A DNA stretch of 63,737 nucleotides, counting the filler. It is 3 parts of 3 records of this genome, joined end to end, with 100 filler letters (N's around TTAATTAATTAA, not from the genome) between each part and the next. Parts side by side here need not be neighbours in the genome. Positions count along the whole stretch, not along the records: positions 30,134 to 56,558 come from SRR22947727_978; positions 56,659 to 63,737 come from SRR22947727_1008; 1 more part is not named here. One strand, written 5' to 3'. A model generated the notes under the pieces. The model saw only the letters and a list, made by a program, of their open reading frames with translations. It was not told where the DNA came from and did not search any database. Below are positions 51,667-61,450 of this stretch, piece by piece. Both the position numbers and the translations under genes were made by a program. The stretch's first letter is position 1; the number at the start of each line of letters is the position of its first letter.

Positions 51667-52125
51667 CTAGCTGGCATCATCATAAAGATGGCATTCAACA
51701 TAATGCCCGCCGTCAGCTTTTCCATTTGGGGCAACAGTGGCGCAATGTGGCATGGCATTGACACAACGCGGATGAAAAGAGCAGCCCGTTGGCGGATCAA
51801 TCGGGTTTGGATAGCTGGCACCAAGTTGATTATTCGGAATGCCCATATTTGGATCCGGGGTAAGCACCGAATCCAACAGGGCACGCGTATAGGGGTGTTG
51901 CGGATCTTTGAATAAGGTGTCAGTGTCAGCTATCTCGACGATCCGGCCAAGATACATCACCGCCACCCGTGTTGCGATATGTTCAACCACCGCCAGATTA
52001 TGACTGATGATGATATAGGTCAGATTCAATTCATTGCGAAGGTCATTCAGCAGGTTAAGAATTTGTGACTGCACCGAAACGTCAAGTGCCGATGTTGGCT
52101 CGTCACACACGACAATTTGTGGCCG
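51667..52125 (-). pseudogene. 5'-truncated oligopeptide/dipeptide ABC ATPase (OppF/DppF-like) remnant
   Basis: Walker B (VVCDEPTSALD), H-loop (ISHNL), HPYT and the C-terminal Cys motif are present; Walker A and LSGGQ are absent; the upstream frame runs into the divergent gene. Confidence 0.85.
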
Positions 52126-52186
52126 GTTTGCTGATGGGTATTGACCAGAATTTCTAACCCCTTCCCCGCAGTTTAAGGAGCTATCT

Positions 52187-52960
52187 ATGGCCGAGACAAA
52201 ACTATCCACACATACAAATGAAGCTTTGTTCCTTCGAGATAAAAATCTTGTCGAAGATGTGATTGGGAAAATGAGTTTCACTGATGCCATGTTTTATCAT
52301 ATTATGGGGGTTGCGCCATCAGCTGGTCAGCGCGCAATTTTGGATGCGGTGCTTGTCACCTTGATGGAACATGGCTTTACGCCTAGTGCTATCGCCGCCC
52401 GCATGACATACCTTTCTGCTCCAGAGGCTATGCAGTCAGCAGTTGCGGCGGGATTGTTAAGCGTCGCTAGCCAATTTATTGGCACCATGGAAAATGCGGC
52501 AAAAGTTTTGGAAGATATTGCCAATGATCCCAACGGCCAAGATACGGCTTGCCGGCGTATCGTCCAGCAACATTTAGACAGCGGCAATCACATGCCCGGC
52601 TTTGGGCATCACCTTCATCGCCCTGATGATCCGCGAACACCAAAATTATTTGAAATCGCCATGGCACATGATGAAATTGATAAACGCCCAATTGCGATGA
52701 TGCAAAAGCTTGGGCAACATGTTGACCAGATCTATGGCAAACATCTGACGATCAATGCGACCGGCGCCACCGCAGCAGTATTGATGGGCGCAGCGGTTCC
52801 AGTGCGAATTATGCGTGGATTTGCCGTAATTTCACGCGCCGCCGGATTGGTAGCTCATGTTATGGAAGAACAGCAAAGCCCAGCTGGACGACATATATGG
52901 GACCTTGTCGATAATAATATTCCCTATGCCGGCAATGCTTTGATTAAACCTGCTCCCTAA
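52187..52960 (+). CDS. Citryl-CoA lyase / citrate-synthase-like protein
   Basis: LMEHG..PS..AAR, PGFGH..H...DPR, SRAAGLVAH; AAGGAG RBS. Confidence 0.85.
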   Translation: MAETKLSTHTNEALFLRDKNLVEDVIGKMSFTDAMFYHIMGVAPSAGQRAILDAVLVTLMEHGFTPSAIAARMTYLSAPEAMQSAVAAGLLSVASQFIGTMENAAKVLEDIANDPNGQDTACRRIVQQHLDSGNHMPGFGHHLHRPDDPRTPKLFEIAMAHDEIDKRPIAMMQKLGQHVDQIYGKHLTINATGATAAVLMGAAVPVRIMRGFAVISRAAGLVAHVMEEQQSPAGRHIWDLVDNNIPYAGNALIKPAP

Positions 52961-53045
52961 AACATCCTCTAAAATCAGCAGGGAAGTCACAAAAAGGCTG
53001 CCTCATCTGACTATCCTTGAAAGACTGCCCGAAGGCTGGGTTGTA

Positions 53046-53990
53046 CTAAATGCTCTCAAGCGCACTCATATGCTGACACACACTTTGCCCGAGCGCATTG
53101 AGATTATAACCGCCCTCAAGCAAGCTAACCACCCGCACCGCACCGCTATGTTCGGCCGCTTGATTGGCCGCATCAATGATATCATTTGTCAATATACCAA
53201 AATCATCACTTGTCATCTGCAACCCACCAAGGGGGTCTGCCTCATGCGCGTCGAAACCAGCCGAAATGACAATCAGATCAGGTTTCGCCGCAACAACCGA
53301 TGGTAATAAATTATCACGCCAGCCCAAACGGATGCTGCTGCCGCCGGTGCCATAAGCCAATGGCAGATTAAAAATATTTTGATAGGCACCTGTTTCATCA
53401 TAGGCGCCCGTACCCGGGAAAAGTGGCATTTGATGCGATGATGCATAAAACAGGCTGCCATCATTCCAGAAACAGGCTTGCGTGCCATTGCCGTGATGAA
53501 CATCAAAATCAATGACAGCGATGCGGTTTAACCCCCATTTCTGCTGGGCATGGCGCGCCGCGATTGCGGCGCTGGAAAACAGACAGAACCCCATGGCCTT
53601 GTCAGGTTCGGCATGATGACCCGGCGGGCGCATCAGGCTAAAGGCGGTGCTGGCCTTGTTTTCCATCACCATATCAACGGCAAGACATGCCCCGCCAACC
53701 GCACGCGATGCACATTCATACCCGCGCTTGCTGGCCCAAGTATCGGCATCAAGCGGCGCTGGCTCATCGGCATCACCAGTTACGTCAAAAACCATATCAA
53801 GATAGGAGTCACTATGCACCAGCTCGAGCTGGGATCGTTCGGCAAGCGGCGCTGCGGCACGCTGCCATGATTGATAATTATCGCCAATATAATCAAGAAT
53901 CGACGCATATCTTTCCGGCCGTTCAGGATGGCCAGCTGGCACGTCGTGGCGGGCTGAAATTTCATGGGTGATCAAGGCAGGTTTCATCAT
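53046..53990 (-). CDS. Histone deacetylase family (AcuC/AphA-like) amidohydrolase
   Basis: HPERPER, RPPGHHA, GFC, DFDVHHGNGT, SAGFDAH, LEGGY. Confidence 0.95.
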   Translation of the reverse strand: MMKPALITHEISARHDVPAGHPERPERYASILDYIGDNYQSWQRAAAPLAERSQLELVHSDSYLDMVFDVTGDADEPAPLDADTWASKRGYECASRAVGGACLAVDMVMENKASTAFSLMRPPGHHAEPDKAMGFCLFSSAAIAARHAQQKWGLNRIAVIDFDVHHGNGTQACFWNDGSLFYASSHQMPLFPGTGAYDETGAYQNIFNLPLAYGTGGSSIRLGWRDNLLPSVVAAKPDLIVISAGFDAHEADPLGGLQMTSDDFGILTNDIIDAANQAAEHSGAVRVVSLLEGGYNLNALGQSVCQHMSALESI

Positions 53991-54157
53991 TTTTTCCTAA
54001 ATATGCGCGTCGTCCTAAACCGTCAGATGCGGCTTTTGGCTTTGAACTAAACCCTAGCATAGATTTCCACGTTGGGAATGCCCCAACGCCACAACATCAA
54101 ATGGCGGCATAGCGATTGGCCATCATCTAAAATACTAATGTCTTTAATTTCCTTTAC

Positions 54158-54186
54158 CTTGAAAATCAGCCCCAAAACGCTTAAAT
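54158..54186 (+). promoter_or_regulatory. Putative RpoH (sigma32) promoter of htpG
   Basis: CTTGAA-N16-CTTAAAT, similar to the alphaproteobacterial RpoH consensus CTTGAA-N16-CCTATAT, about 35 bp before the start. Confidence 0.5.
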
Positions 54187-54219
54187 CCAGAACGCATCGT
54201 GTTACCAAGGGAGCAACGC

Positions 54220-56082
54220 ATGACTGTTCAAACATTCAATTTTGAAGCCGATACCGGAAAAATTCTGAGCATCGTGATCAATTCACTTTATTCACAAAAA
54301 GAAATCTTCCTTCGCGAGCTGATCTCGAATGCCTCAGACGCGATCAATAAACGCAAATTTGACATTATGACGGCTGGCAATGCCGCCGATACTTTTGATG
54401 GCAAAATCACCATTGCCGTCAATAAAAAGGGCAAAACCATCACCCTGTCAGACAATGGCATTGGCCTGTCATCAGATGAGATGGTTGAAACGCTTGGCAC
54501 CATTGCCAGTTCGGGAACCAAAGCCTTTATCGAAGCGGCAAAAAGCACAAAAGATTCTGATGATGTGAGTGACCAGCTTATCGGGCAATTCGGCGTTGGA
54601 TTCTATTCCGCCTTTATGGTTGCCGAGCAGGTTGAAGTCTTGTCAAAAAAGCATGGCACCGAAGCCGCCAGCCTATGGGCAAGCGATGGTCAGGGCGGCT
54701 TTACCATCACCGATGCCAGCCGTGATGAAACCGGAACCAGCGTTATTCTTCATCTTCGCAAAGAAGCCAAGGAATATCTAGAACAAGAACGCATCACGCA
54801 TCTTGTCAAAAAATACTCAGATCACATTGCCCAGCCGATTTTCTGGATCGGCAAGGATGATACCGCCGGTCAGCTAAATTCATCAGCCGCCCTATGGACG
54901 CGCGCAGCAAAAGATATTTCCGAAGACGAATATACATCATTTTACAATGCGGTGGCGTCATCTTACGACAAGCCCTTTATCACGCTTCATAATAAAACCG
55001 AAGGCGCGGTTGAATTTACCAACCTGCTTTTCATTCCGTCATCAGCACCGTTCGACCTGTATGATCCGGAACGCAAGTCAAAGCTGCATCTTTATGTAAA
55101 CCGCGTTTTCATCACCGATGATTATGAAGGACTTGTGCCAAAATGGATGCGGTTCTTACGCGGCATTATCGACACGCCCGATGTTGATTTGAATGTCAGC
55201 CGTGAAATGTTGCAGCAAAATCCGGCTGTCACCAAAATCAGCAAGGCCGTTGTAAAACGGGTTCTATCCGAGCTGAAAAAAGCATTGGACAAGCGCCGTG
55301 ACGAATATGCCACCTTCTGGGAAGGGCTTGGCAAGGTTCTAAAAGAAGGGCTTTATGAGGATCAGGCCAATAGCGAAAAGCTTCTCGAAATCTGTCTGTT
55401 CCGGTCGACCAAGGCGGACAAGCTGATCACGCTTCAGGAGTATATTGATGATTTCGCCGAAAATCAGGAGGTTATTTACTACCTGTCTTCCGATGATGCC
55501 GATCGGGCGCGGCTAAGCCCGCATCTTGAATCCTTTCAGGCCAAGAATATTGACGTTTTGCTGCTTACCGATCCGATTGATGATTTCTGGCTATCCAATA
55601 TCCAGCAATTTGCAGGCAAGAATTTCCAGTCAATCACCCGCGGCGAAGTTGATATTTCCAAAGTTGGCGAAGCCACGTCAAAAGATGATCAGCCAGAAGA
55701 GATTTTGTCCGATCAATTTGTTGCCAAGATCAAACATGTTCTTGAGGGCAATGTCGCCAATGTCCGCAGCTCGGCAAATATGGAAACCAGCCTTGCCCGC
55801 CTTGTTGCCGATGACAATGGCATGGATCAGCAGATGGAGCGCATGATGCGTATGCATAATCCTGATTTCAAAGGGATGCCAAAAGTGCTGGAAGTAAATG
55901 CCAAACATCCACTGATCAAATCATTGAATGCCAAGCTGGAAATGGGCGAATTTGAAGGATCGGATGATTTTGCCAAATTGATTTTAGACAGCGCACTTGT
56001 TGCCGAAGGCGAGGCGATCATTGATCCGCGCGACTTTGCCAAACGCCTATCCGATGTCATGCAAAAGGCACTTGCTAGCTAG
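54220..56082 (+). CDS. htpG: Molecular chaperone HtpG (Hsp90)
   Basis: YSQKEIFLRELISNASDA, DNGIG, IGQFGVGFYSAFMVA, LNVSREMLQ. Likely start ATG 54220. Confidence 0.98.
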   Translation: MTVQTFNFEADTGKILSIVINSLYSQKEIFLRELISNASDAINKRKFDIMTAGNAADTFDGKITIAVNKKGKTITLSDNGIGLSSDEMVETLGTIASSGTKAFIEAAKSTKDSDDVSDQLIGQFGVGFYSAFMVAEQVEVLSKKHGTEAASLWASDGQGGFTITDASRDETGTSVILHLRKEAKEYLEQERITHLVKKYSDHIAQPIFWIGKDDTAGQLNSSAALWTRAAKDISEDEYTSFYNAVASSYDKPFITLHNKTEGAVEFTNLLFIPSSAPFDLYDPERKSKLHLYVNRVFITDDYEGLVPKWMRFLRGIIDTPDVDLNVSREMLQQNPAVTKISKAVVKRVLSELKKALDKRRDEYATFWEGLGKVLKEGLYEDQANSEKLLEICLFRSTKADKLITLQEYIDDFAENQEVIYYLSSDDADRARLSPHLESFQAKNIDVLLLTDPIDDFWLSNIQQFAGKNFQSITRGEVDISKVGEATSKDDQPEEILSDQFVAKIKHVLEGNVANVRSSANMETSLARLVADDNGMDQQMERMMRMHNPDFKGMPKVLEVNAKHPLIKSLNAKLEMGEFEGSDDFAKLILDSALVAEGEAIIDPRDFAKRLSDVMQKALAS

Positions 56083-56092
56083 TCACGGAACA

Positions 56093-56151
56093 ACCGGCCC
56101 GTTATTTTCTGACCCGACATCATGTGGCGGGTTATGAATTGGCGGGCCGGT
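56093..56151. terminator. Long imperfect hairpin between convergent htpG and DUF3108-like genes
   Basis: Outer stem ACCGGCCCG/CGGGCCGGT, inner GACCCG/CGGGTT and ACAT/ATGT; no clear U-tract. Confidence 0.45.
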
Positions 56152-56222
56152 CAAATAAATCCAATTTTGATCAGCTTTGTGTTTGTTTGTCGACTAAACA
56201 TTGGACAGACAGACAATGACCG

Positions 56223-56558
56223 CTATTTAATCGTCATTTTGCGTAGATCAAGCCTGCCAACAACCGTTCCAATCCAGCTATCCACCTCGACACGAACAGG
56301 CACGATCTGACCCTGTAACGGGCGGCCAAAAAACATTTTAATCCGGTCATCATCATCTTTTTCGCCCGAGCGCCATTTTGAATCGATTTGGTGGCCGCCA
56401 ATGGGTTCAAATTTCAAACTGCAAATCAGCGCGTTTCCGACAAATTCACCTGGCCGTGTTTCGGTTAAATTAGTGGTACCAAGCGTTTTGAAATGCAGCC
56501 GGTTTCGCCGCCGCCCGTCATAAATTTCATAGCTTTTGGTGCAATCACCCGTGGTTTC
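56223..56558 (-). CDS. DUF3108-like protein, C-terminal part (truncated at the contig end)
   Basis: Open to the contig edge: ETTGDCTKSYEIYDGRRRNRLHF...LICSLKFEPIGG...VPVRVEVDSWIG. Confidence 0.65.
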   Translation of the reverse strand, partial: ETTGDCTKSYEIYDGRRRNRLHFKTLGTTNLTETRPGEFVGNALICSLKFEPIGGHQIDSKWRSGEKDDDDRIKMFFGRPLQGQIVPVRVEVDSWIGTVVGRLDLRKMTIK

Positions 56559-56658
56559 NNNNNNNNNNNNNNNNNNNNNNNNNNNNNNNNNNNNNNNNNN
56601 NNTTAATTAATTAANNNNNNNNNNNNNNNNNNNNNNNNNNNNNNNNNNNNNNNNNNNN
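56559..56658. other. Artificial contig-joining linker
   Basis: 44 N + TTAATTAATTAA + 44 N, identical in design to the first linker. Confidence 0.98.
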
Positions 56659-57654
56659 GCAGTTAAGAAAAAAGTTGAATTAGAAGATAGTGTAGAACCA
56701 ATATTCTCAGAAATATTTAGACTATACTATATTGCACCAGCTCAAGCTAAAGCAACAATTGAAGAATTATTCACACAACAGTCTGGCGATAGTACTTATA
56801 CTCCAATTCAAGTTACAGAAGAAATAACTACAAGATCAATAATAGTTAGAGGTAAAGAAAAAGATTTAGATGTTGTTGATAAAGTAATTAAGGAAATAGA
56901 TATTAGAACTAAACAAGTTTTAATCGAAGCATTTATAGTTGAAGCAAATTCAGATTTTGAAAGAGCATTAGGTACAAGATTAGGTGGTTACTTTCAAAAA
57001 ACAGGAAGCGTTGTTGGGGGTGCAGCAGGTACAAGTAGTGGTAGTGAAGCTGGAACAGATTTAGGAACTGCAGCAGGTTTAGGTTCAGCAACCGATAGTA
57101 TAGCAAGCTTTCCAGTAACGGGTGCAACAAGTGGTATTGGATTACTTAGAAGAACTACTACAGGAGTTTTAAAAGCTGAAATTACTGCTCTTGAAAGTAT
57201 GGGGATGGGAAAAACAATTTCAAATCCAAAAGTTTTTACATTAGACAATCAACTAGCAACAGTTACTCAAGGTGAAGAAATTCCTTATCAAACAACAGCT
57301 GATGGAACTACATCAACATCATTTAAAGAAGCAGCATTAAAATTAGAGGTTACTCCAAGCATAATTGGAGATGGAAATGTATTATTAACTATCAAGGTTA
57401 ATAACGACACACCAAATAGAGCAGCAGCATCTGATGAGCCACCAATTAATAAAATGGAAATTGTTACAAAATTATTGGTAGCAGATGGTGATATTGTAGT
57501 AATTGGTGGAATTAAGAAAAATGTACAATCTAACAATAAAAACCAAACACCAGGTGTAGGTAACTTGCCTGTGATAGGTAATCTCTTTAAAGGTAGAGCA
57601 AATTCTGATAATCTAGATGAATTACTGGTGTTTATAGCACCAAGAATTTTATAA
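56659..57654 (+). CDS. pilQ: Type IV pilus secretin (5'-truncated)
   Basis: Open from the contig edge and in frame with ORF 57199: QVLIEAFIVEA, QGEEIPYQ, LKLEVTP, IVVIGG, PVIGNLFK, ELLVFIAPRIL. Confidence 0.92.
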   Translation, partial: AVKKKVELEDSVEPIFSEIFRLYYIAPAQAKATIEELFTQQSGDSTYTPIQVTEEITTRSIIVRGKEKDLDVVDKVIKEIDIRTKQVLIEAFIVEANSDFERALGTRLGGYFQKTGSVVGGAAGTSSGSEAGTDLGTAAGLGSATDSIASFPVTGATSGIGLLRRTTTGVLKAEITALESMGMGKTISNPKVFTLDNQLATVTQGEEIPYQTTADGTTSTSFKEAALKLEVTPSIIGDGNVLLTIKVNNDTPNRAAASDEPPINKMEIVTKLLVADGDIVVIGGIKKNVQSNNKNQTPGVGNLPVIGNLFKGRANSDNLDELLVFIAPRIL

Positions 57655-59399
57655 TGAATATTAGTAGAGAATCTGAAGTAAATTTAATAAACATTTTAAT
57701 TGATCAAGATGTTATCTCAGGAAAAGATTTAATTGATATTAAAAAAAAATCTACTGAGGGACAAAAATCTCAATTAGATGCAATTTTTGAATTAAATTTA
57801 ACTAACGAAGATAAAATTCTAGATCTATTAGTTAGCGAACAATCACTAAATATTATTGACTTATCTACTATTGACGTAGCAGATGAAATTAAATCTGTTC
57901 TACCATCGAATTATATCAATATGAATTTTATTGCTCCTTTTAAGGTTGAAAATAAAGTTTTACATATCGCTATTCCAGATAGTTCAAAATTGAGTTTAAT
58001 GAGAAATTTAAAAACTATTACTAAAATGGATATAGAATTACATGCAGCTAAAATTTCTCACATATCAGTTTTTATAGATAAACTTTTAAAAGAAGGTGAA
58101 ACTACCATAGAGGCAATTCAAAAGAAAAATAAAGAAAAAATACAAACTTTTGATTACGAAGTAGATGAGAGCGCTGAGGTTTTAGATGAAAAGCCAGAAG
58201 AAGATATTGAAGCAATAGAAAACGAGTCTGAAGTAATTAAATTTTCAACAGCAGTCGTTGCTGAAGCAATTAAATCAGGTGTATCAGATATTCATATTGA
58301 ACCTTATAGATTTTCATCAAGAGTTAGATATCGACTAGATGGAATGTTAACTGAACAAGAACACTTTGCAAAATTTTTACATTCTAATTATGGAGCAGTT
58401 GTTACTCGATTTAAAATTATGGGCAAACTTGATATTGCAGAAAGAAGATTGCCACAAGATGGTGCCATTCCTTTTAAGATAGATGGCAAAGTAGTTGATC
58501 TTCGTCTTTCAATTCTACCAACAGCAACCAATGAAAGAATTGTAATGCGGGTTCTAAACAAAGATGCTGGAGATATAAGTTTAGAACAATTAAATTTTGA
58601 AGAAAATGATCTTAAAAATTTGAGAAAAGCTATTCATGGTACACAAGGATTAATTCTTGTTACGGGACCAACAGGTTCAGGAAAAACAACTACTCTTTAC
58701 TCAATCTTAAAAGAAGTATCTCAACCACATTTAAATATTTTAACTGCTGAAGATCCTGTCGAGTATGAACTAGATGGTGTTGGGCAGGTTCAAATTAGAG
58801 ATGATATTGGATATGATTTTGGTCGTGCTCTTAGATCGTTTTTAAGACAAGATCCCGAGATAATATTAGTTGGAGAAATGAGGGATAAAGAGACAGTTGA
58901 TATAGGTTTGAAAGCAGCATTAACTGGTCACTTAGTGTTTAGTACATTGCACACTAATGATGCTCCAAGTTCTATTACCAGATTACAAAATATGGGTACA
59001 CCTGATTATTTGATTTCAGCTGCGTGTTCGTTAGTTTTAGCTCAAAGATTAGCAAGAAAAACATGTTCAGAATGTCGAGAACCAGATCCAGATGTTACAC
59101 CTAAAATGTTAGCTGATTTTGGGTTTACAGCAGAACAAGCTTCAAGAGCAAAAGCATTTAGAGGTAAAGGTTGTCCGAAATGTAAGGACACAGGCTACAA
59201 AGGTCGTATGGGTATATACGAAGTTTTAAATGTAACAAAACCAATTAAAGAAGCAATATTAAGACAAGCCACAACGCCTGAACTTAAAGAGATTGCTAAA
59301 AAAGAAGGCTTTAGATCAATGAATGATATGGGAAGAGAAATGATTTTATCAGGAGATCTAAATTTTAGAGAATACGATCGTGTTCTTTCGATGGAATAA
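57654..59399 (+). CDS. pilB: Type IV pilus assembly ATPase (PilB/GspE)
   Basis: SDIHIEP, ERRLPQDG, GPTGSGKTTT, LRQDPEIILVGEMRD, TGHLVFSTLHTN, tetra-Cys Zn motif. Confidence 0.96.
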   Translation: MNISRESEVNLINILIDQDVISGKDLIDIKKKSTEGQKSQLDAIFELNLTNEDKILDLLVSEQSLNIIDLSTIDVADEIKSVLPSNYINMNFIAPFKVENKVLHIAIPDSSKLSLMRNLKTITKMDIELHAAKISHISVFIDKLLKEGETTIEAIQKKNKEKIQTFDYEVDESAEVLDEKPEEDIEAIENESEVIKFSTAVVAEAIKSGVSDIHIEPYRFSSRVRYRLDGMLTEQEHFAKFLHSNYGAVVTRFKIMGKLDIAERRLPQDGAIPFKIDGKVVDLRLSILPTATNERIVMRVLNKDAGDISLEQLNFEENDLKNLRKAIHGTQGLILVTGPTGSGKTTTLYSILKEVSQPHLNILTAEDPVEYELDGVGQVQIRDDIGYDFGRALRSFLRQDPEIILVGEMRDKETVDIGLKAALTGHLVFSTLHTNDAPSSITRLQNMGTPDYLISAACSLVLAQRLARKTCSECREPDPDVTPKMLADFGFTAEQASRAKAFRGKGCPKCKDTGYKGRMGIYEVLNVTKPIKEAILRQATTPELKEIAKKEGFRSMNDMGREMILSGDLNFREYDRVLSME

Positions 59400-59401
59400 A
59401 A

Positions 59402-60643
59402 ATGTCATCAGAAACTTATACCTATAAAGGGATATCAGCTGGAAAATATGTTGAAGGGTCAATTGATGCAATCAATCAAGAGGAAGCATCTTATAAGCTT
59501 AAAGAGCAAAAAATTATTATTACCAATTTAATTAGAACTAAAAAAAAATCCGCTACTAAAGAAAAAAAGAAAGGTGGCGGCTTTTCTTTTGGAAAGAAAA
59601 AAGTCAAACCAGAAGACGTCATGTTGTTTTCAAAACAATTTGCAACAATGGTTAAGGCAGGACTGCCCATCCTTAATGTATTAGGAATGTTGAGAGATCA
59701 AATAGAGCATCCAACCATGAAAGAGATTATCGAAGATGTTAGAAGAAGTCTTGAGGGAGGAGTTACACTTTCAAAATGTTTTGAAAAGTACCCCTTAATA
59801 TTTGATAACATCTATATCAACCTTATTAAAGCAGGTGAAGCTAGTGGTAAACTAGATGATTTCTTAATGAAACTTGTAGAATCGTTAGAGAAAAGAGAAA
59901 AAGTAAAAAAAAAAATTAAAAGTGCATTAACTTATCCAGTAGTTATGTTTACTGTAGCAATAACAGTAATGGTTTTCATGTTAATTAAAGTAGTTCCTGT
60001 TTTTGCTGAAATGTATGAAGGAATGGGTGTACCACTTCCAACTCCAACAGCTGTTATTATGACAGCTAGTAATTTTATGAGAGGATCTGGTGGTTTAACA
60101 TTGGCACTCGTATGCATCATTATTTTTGTGATATTTAAATACACAACAACAAAAATTCCATCAATTCGATACAAATGGCACCAAAGAGTATTAAAAATGC
60201 CAATATTTGGAGATATGATTTTAAAATCTTTAATTGCAAGAATTTCACTAATTATGGGTAATCTTAGTTCGGCTGGAGTAAACTTACTTGAAAGTATAGA
60301 AATTGCAAAATCTGTTAGCAACAATGATGTCGTCACTCTCGCCTTAGAAAATGTAAAAAAAGGTGTTTTTTCAGGTGATACTTTAACTAAACTATTTTTA
60401 AAAGAACCTATTTTTCCACCAACATTTAGCCAATTAATATCAGTTGGAGAGCAAACAGGAAATTTGGATGAGATGTTTAATTCAGTATCAAGTTACTATG
60501 AGGAAGAGTTTGATACAGCAGTAGATAATATGTCTAGTTTAATTGAACCAATAATGATTGTTTTTATGGGAACAATGATTGGTGGATTAATGATTGCGAT
60601 GTATTCACCAATCTTTAATGTTGGTGCTATTATTGGCGGATAA
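59402..60643 (+). CDS. pilC: Type IV pilus platform protein (PilC/GspF)
   Basis: KAGEASGKLD, KSALTYP, VGEQTGNLD, LIEP; three TM segments. Confidence 0.96.
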   Translation: MSSETYTYKGISAGKYVEGSIDAINQEEASYKLKEQKIIITNLIRTKKKSATKEKKKGGGFSFGKKKVKPEDVMLFSKQFATMVKAGLPILNVLGMLRDQIEHPTMKEIIEDVRRSLEGGVTLSKCFEKYPLIFDNIYINLIKAGEASGKLDDFLMKLVESLEKREKVKKKIKSALTYPVVMFTVAITVMVFMLIKVVPVFAEMYEGMGVPLPTPTAVIMTASNFMRGSGGLTLALVCIIIFVIFKYTTTKIPSIRYKWHQRVLKMPIFGDMILKSLIARISLIMGNLSSAGVNLLESIEIAKSVSNNDVVTLALENVKKGVFSGDTLTKLFLKEPIFPPTFSQLISVGEQTGNLDEMFNSVSSYYEEEFDTAVDNMSSLIEPIMIVFMGTMIGGLMIAMYSPIFNVGAIIGG

Positions 60644-60728
60644 AAAAAATCAAAATGGACATATTGCTGTCCTTAAAGATTAAAAAAATTCTATTAATTT
60701 ATTAGATAGTTTGTAAAAGTTTCTTCTA

Positions 60729-61019
60729 ATGAAATATTTAAAGTTAATAATCATTTTTATACTACTCACTGGTTGTGCCCAGAGTGTTGCTTTTCTTGGT
60801 CCAGCACTAACTGTTGCAACAAGTGGCAACATAAGTCATGCACTTATATCTGGAACTATAAATACAGGTATTAAGCAACAAACTGGAAAAAATGTAACTG
60901 AGCATATGGTACAATCTTTAGATGAGCCATTAGATTGTTTTATGATTAGTAGCAACGAAATGGCAAATATGTTTTTTAAAGACTATAATAATTTAGATTG
61001 TTACTCAGAAAAAAATTAA
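60729..61019 (+). CDS. Small hypothetical lipoprotein
   Basis: Signal peptide with LTGC lipobox; Gly/Ala-rich segment. Confidence 0.65.
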   Translation: MKYLKLIIIFILLTGCAQSVAFLGPALTVATSGNISHALISGTINTGIKQQTGKNVTEHMVQSLDEPLDCFMISSNEMANMFFKDYNNLDCYSEKN

Positions 61020-61450
61020 TTATTTAAATCTTTGGATAAAATTAAGTGGTTAATCCAAGGTTTCTTACCCTCTTTAAATTCAACCGCATCCATTATCTGT
61101 TGAATAAAAAAAGTTCCTAATCCTCCTGGTTTAACATCATCAATTTTTCTATGTCTAACTTTTTCTTCTTCAACTGGTTTTCCTTTATCAGAAAAACCTA
61201 TTTCAAGATGACCATTTTCAACTGAAATTTTTATCAACATTTTGTCTTCGGTTTTTTCATTTTTATAAGCATGTTTAACAATGTTTTGTGCAGCTTCGGC
61301 AATAGCTAAAATTAATTCATCTTTTAGCTCTTGATTGATATCTAATTTTTCTAATACTTCTCTACAGAAGGTTCTAACATGTTTAAGATTGGAAGAATCT
61401 ACTGCAAAATCTTTTTTTTCACTTAAACTAATAATTTGTGATTGTTTCAT
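61016..61450 (-). CDS. RsbW/SpoIIAB-like anti-sigma-factor Ser kinase (HATPase_c)
   Basis: N box LAIAEAAQNIVKHAY, D box DKGKP, G box GGLGTFFIQQIMD. Confidence 0.9.
   Translation of the reverse strand: MKQSQIISLSEKKDFAVDSSNLKHVRTFCREVLEKLDINQELKDELILAIAEAAQNIVKHAYKNEKTEDKMLIKISVENGHLEIGFSDKGKPVEEEKVRHRKIDDVKPGGLGTFFIQQIMDAVEFKEGKKPWINHLILSKDLNN

Noticed and set aside
51667-52290. A 207-aa intact ORF as given in the ORF track
   Set aside because: The first 55 or so codons overlap the divergent gene and its RBS and show no ABC similarity; only the 3' part is a real remnant.
30323-56310. Many short overlapping or antisense ORFs in the ORF track (for example 30892-31341, 33115-33543, 43970-44404, 45029-45529)
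   Set aside because: They lie within well-supported genes on the other strand or frame and lack motifs; such shadow ORFs are expected at this GC content.
30134-56558. High-GC segment as a horizontally acquired island
   Set aside because: It is bounded by artificial linkers, has no integrase, tRNA or direct repeats, and contains core genes; it is a separate contig.
56659-60643. Type II secretion system gspDEF
   Set aside because: Homologous, but the adjacent PilA/PilE-like pilins and the PilQ-like secretin motifs favour a type IV pilus; no gspG-M genes are visible.
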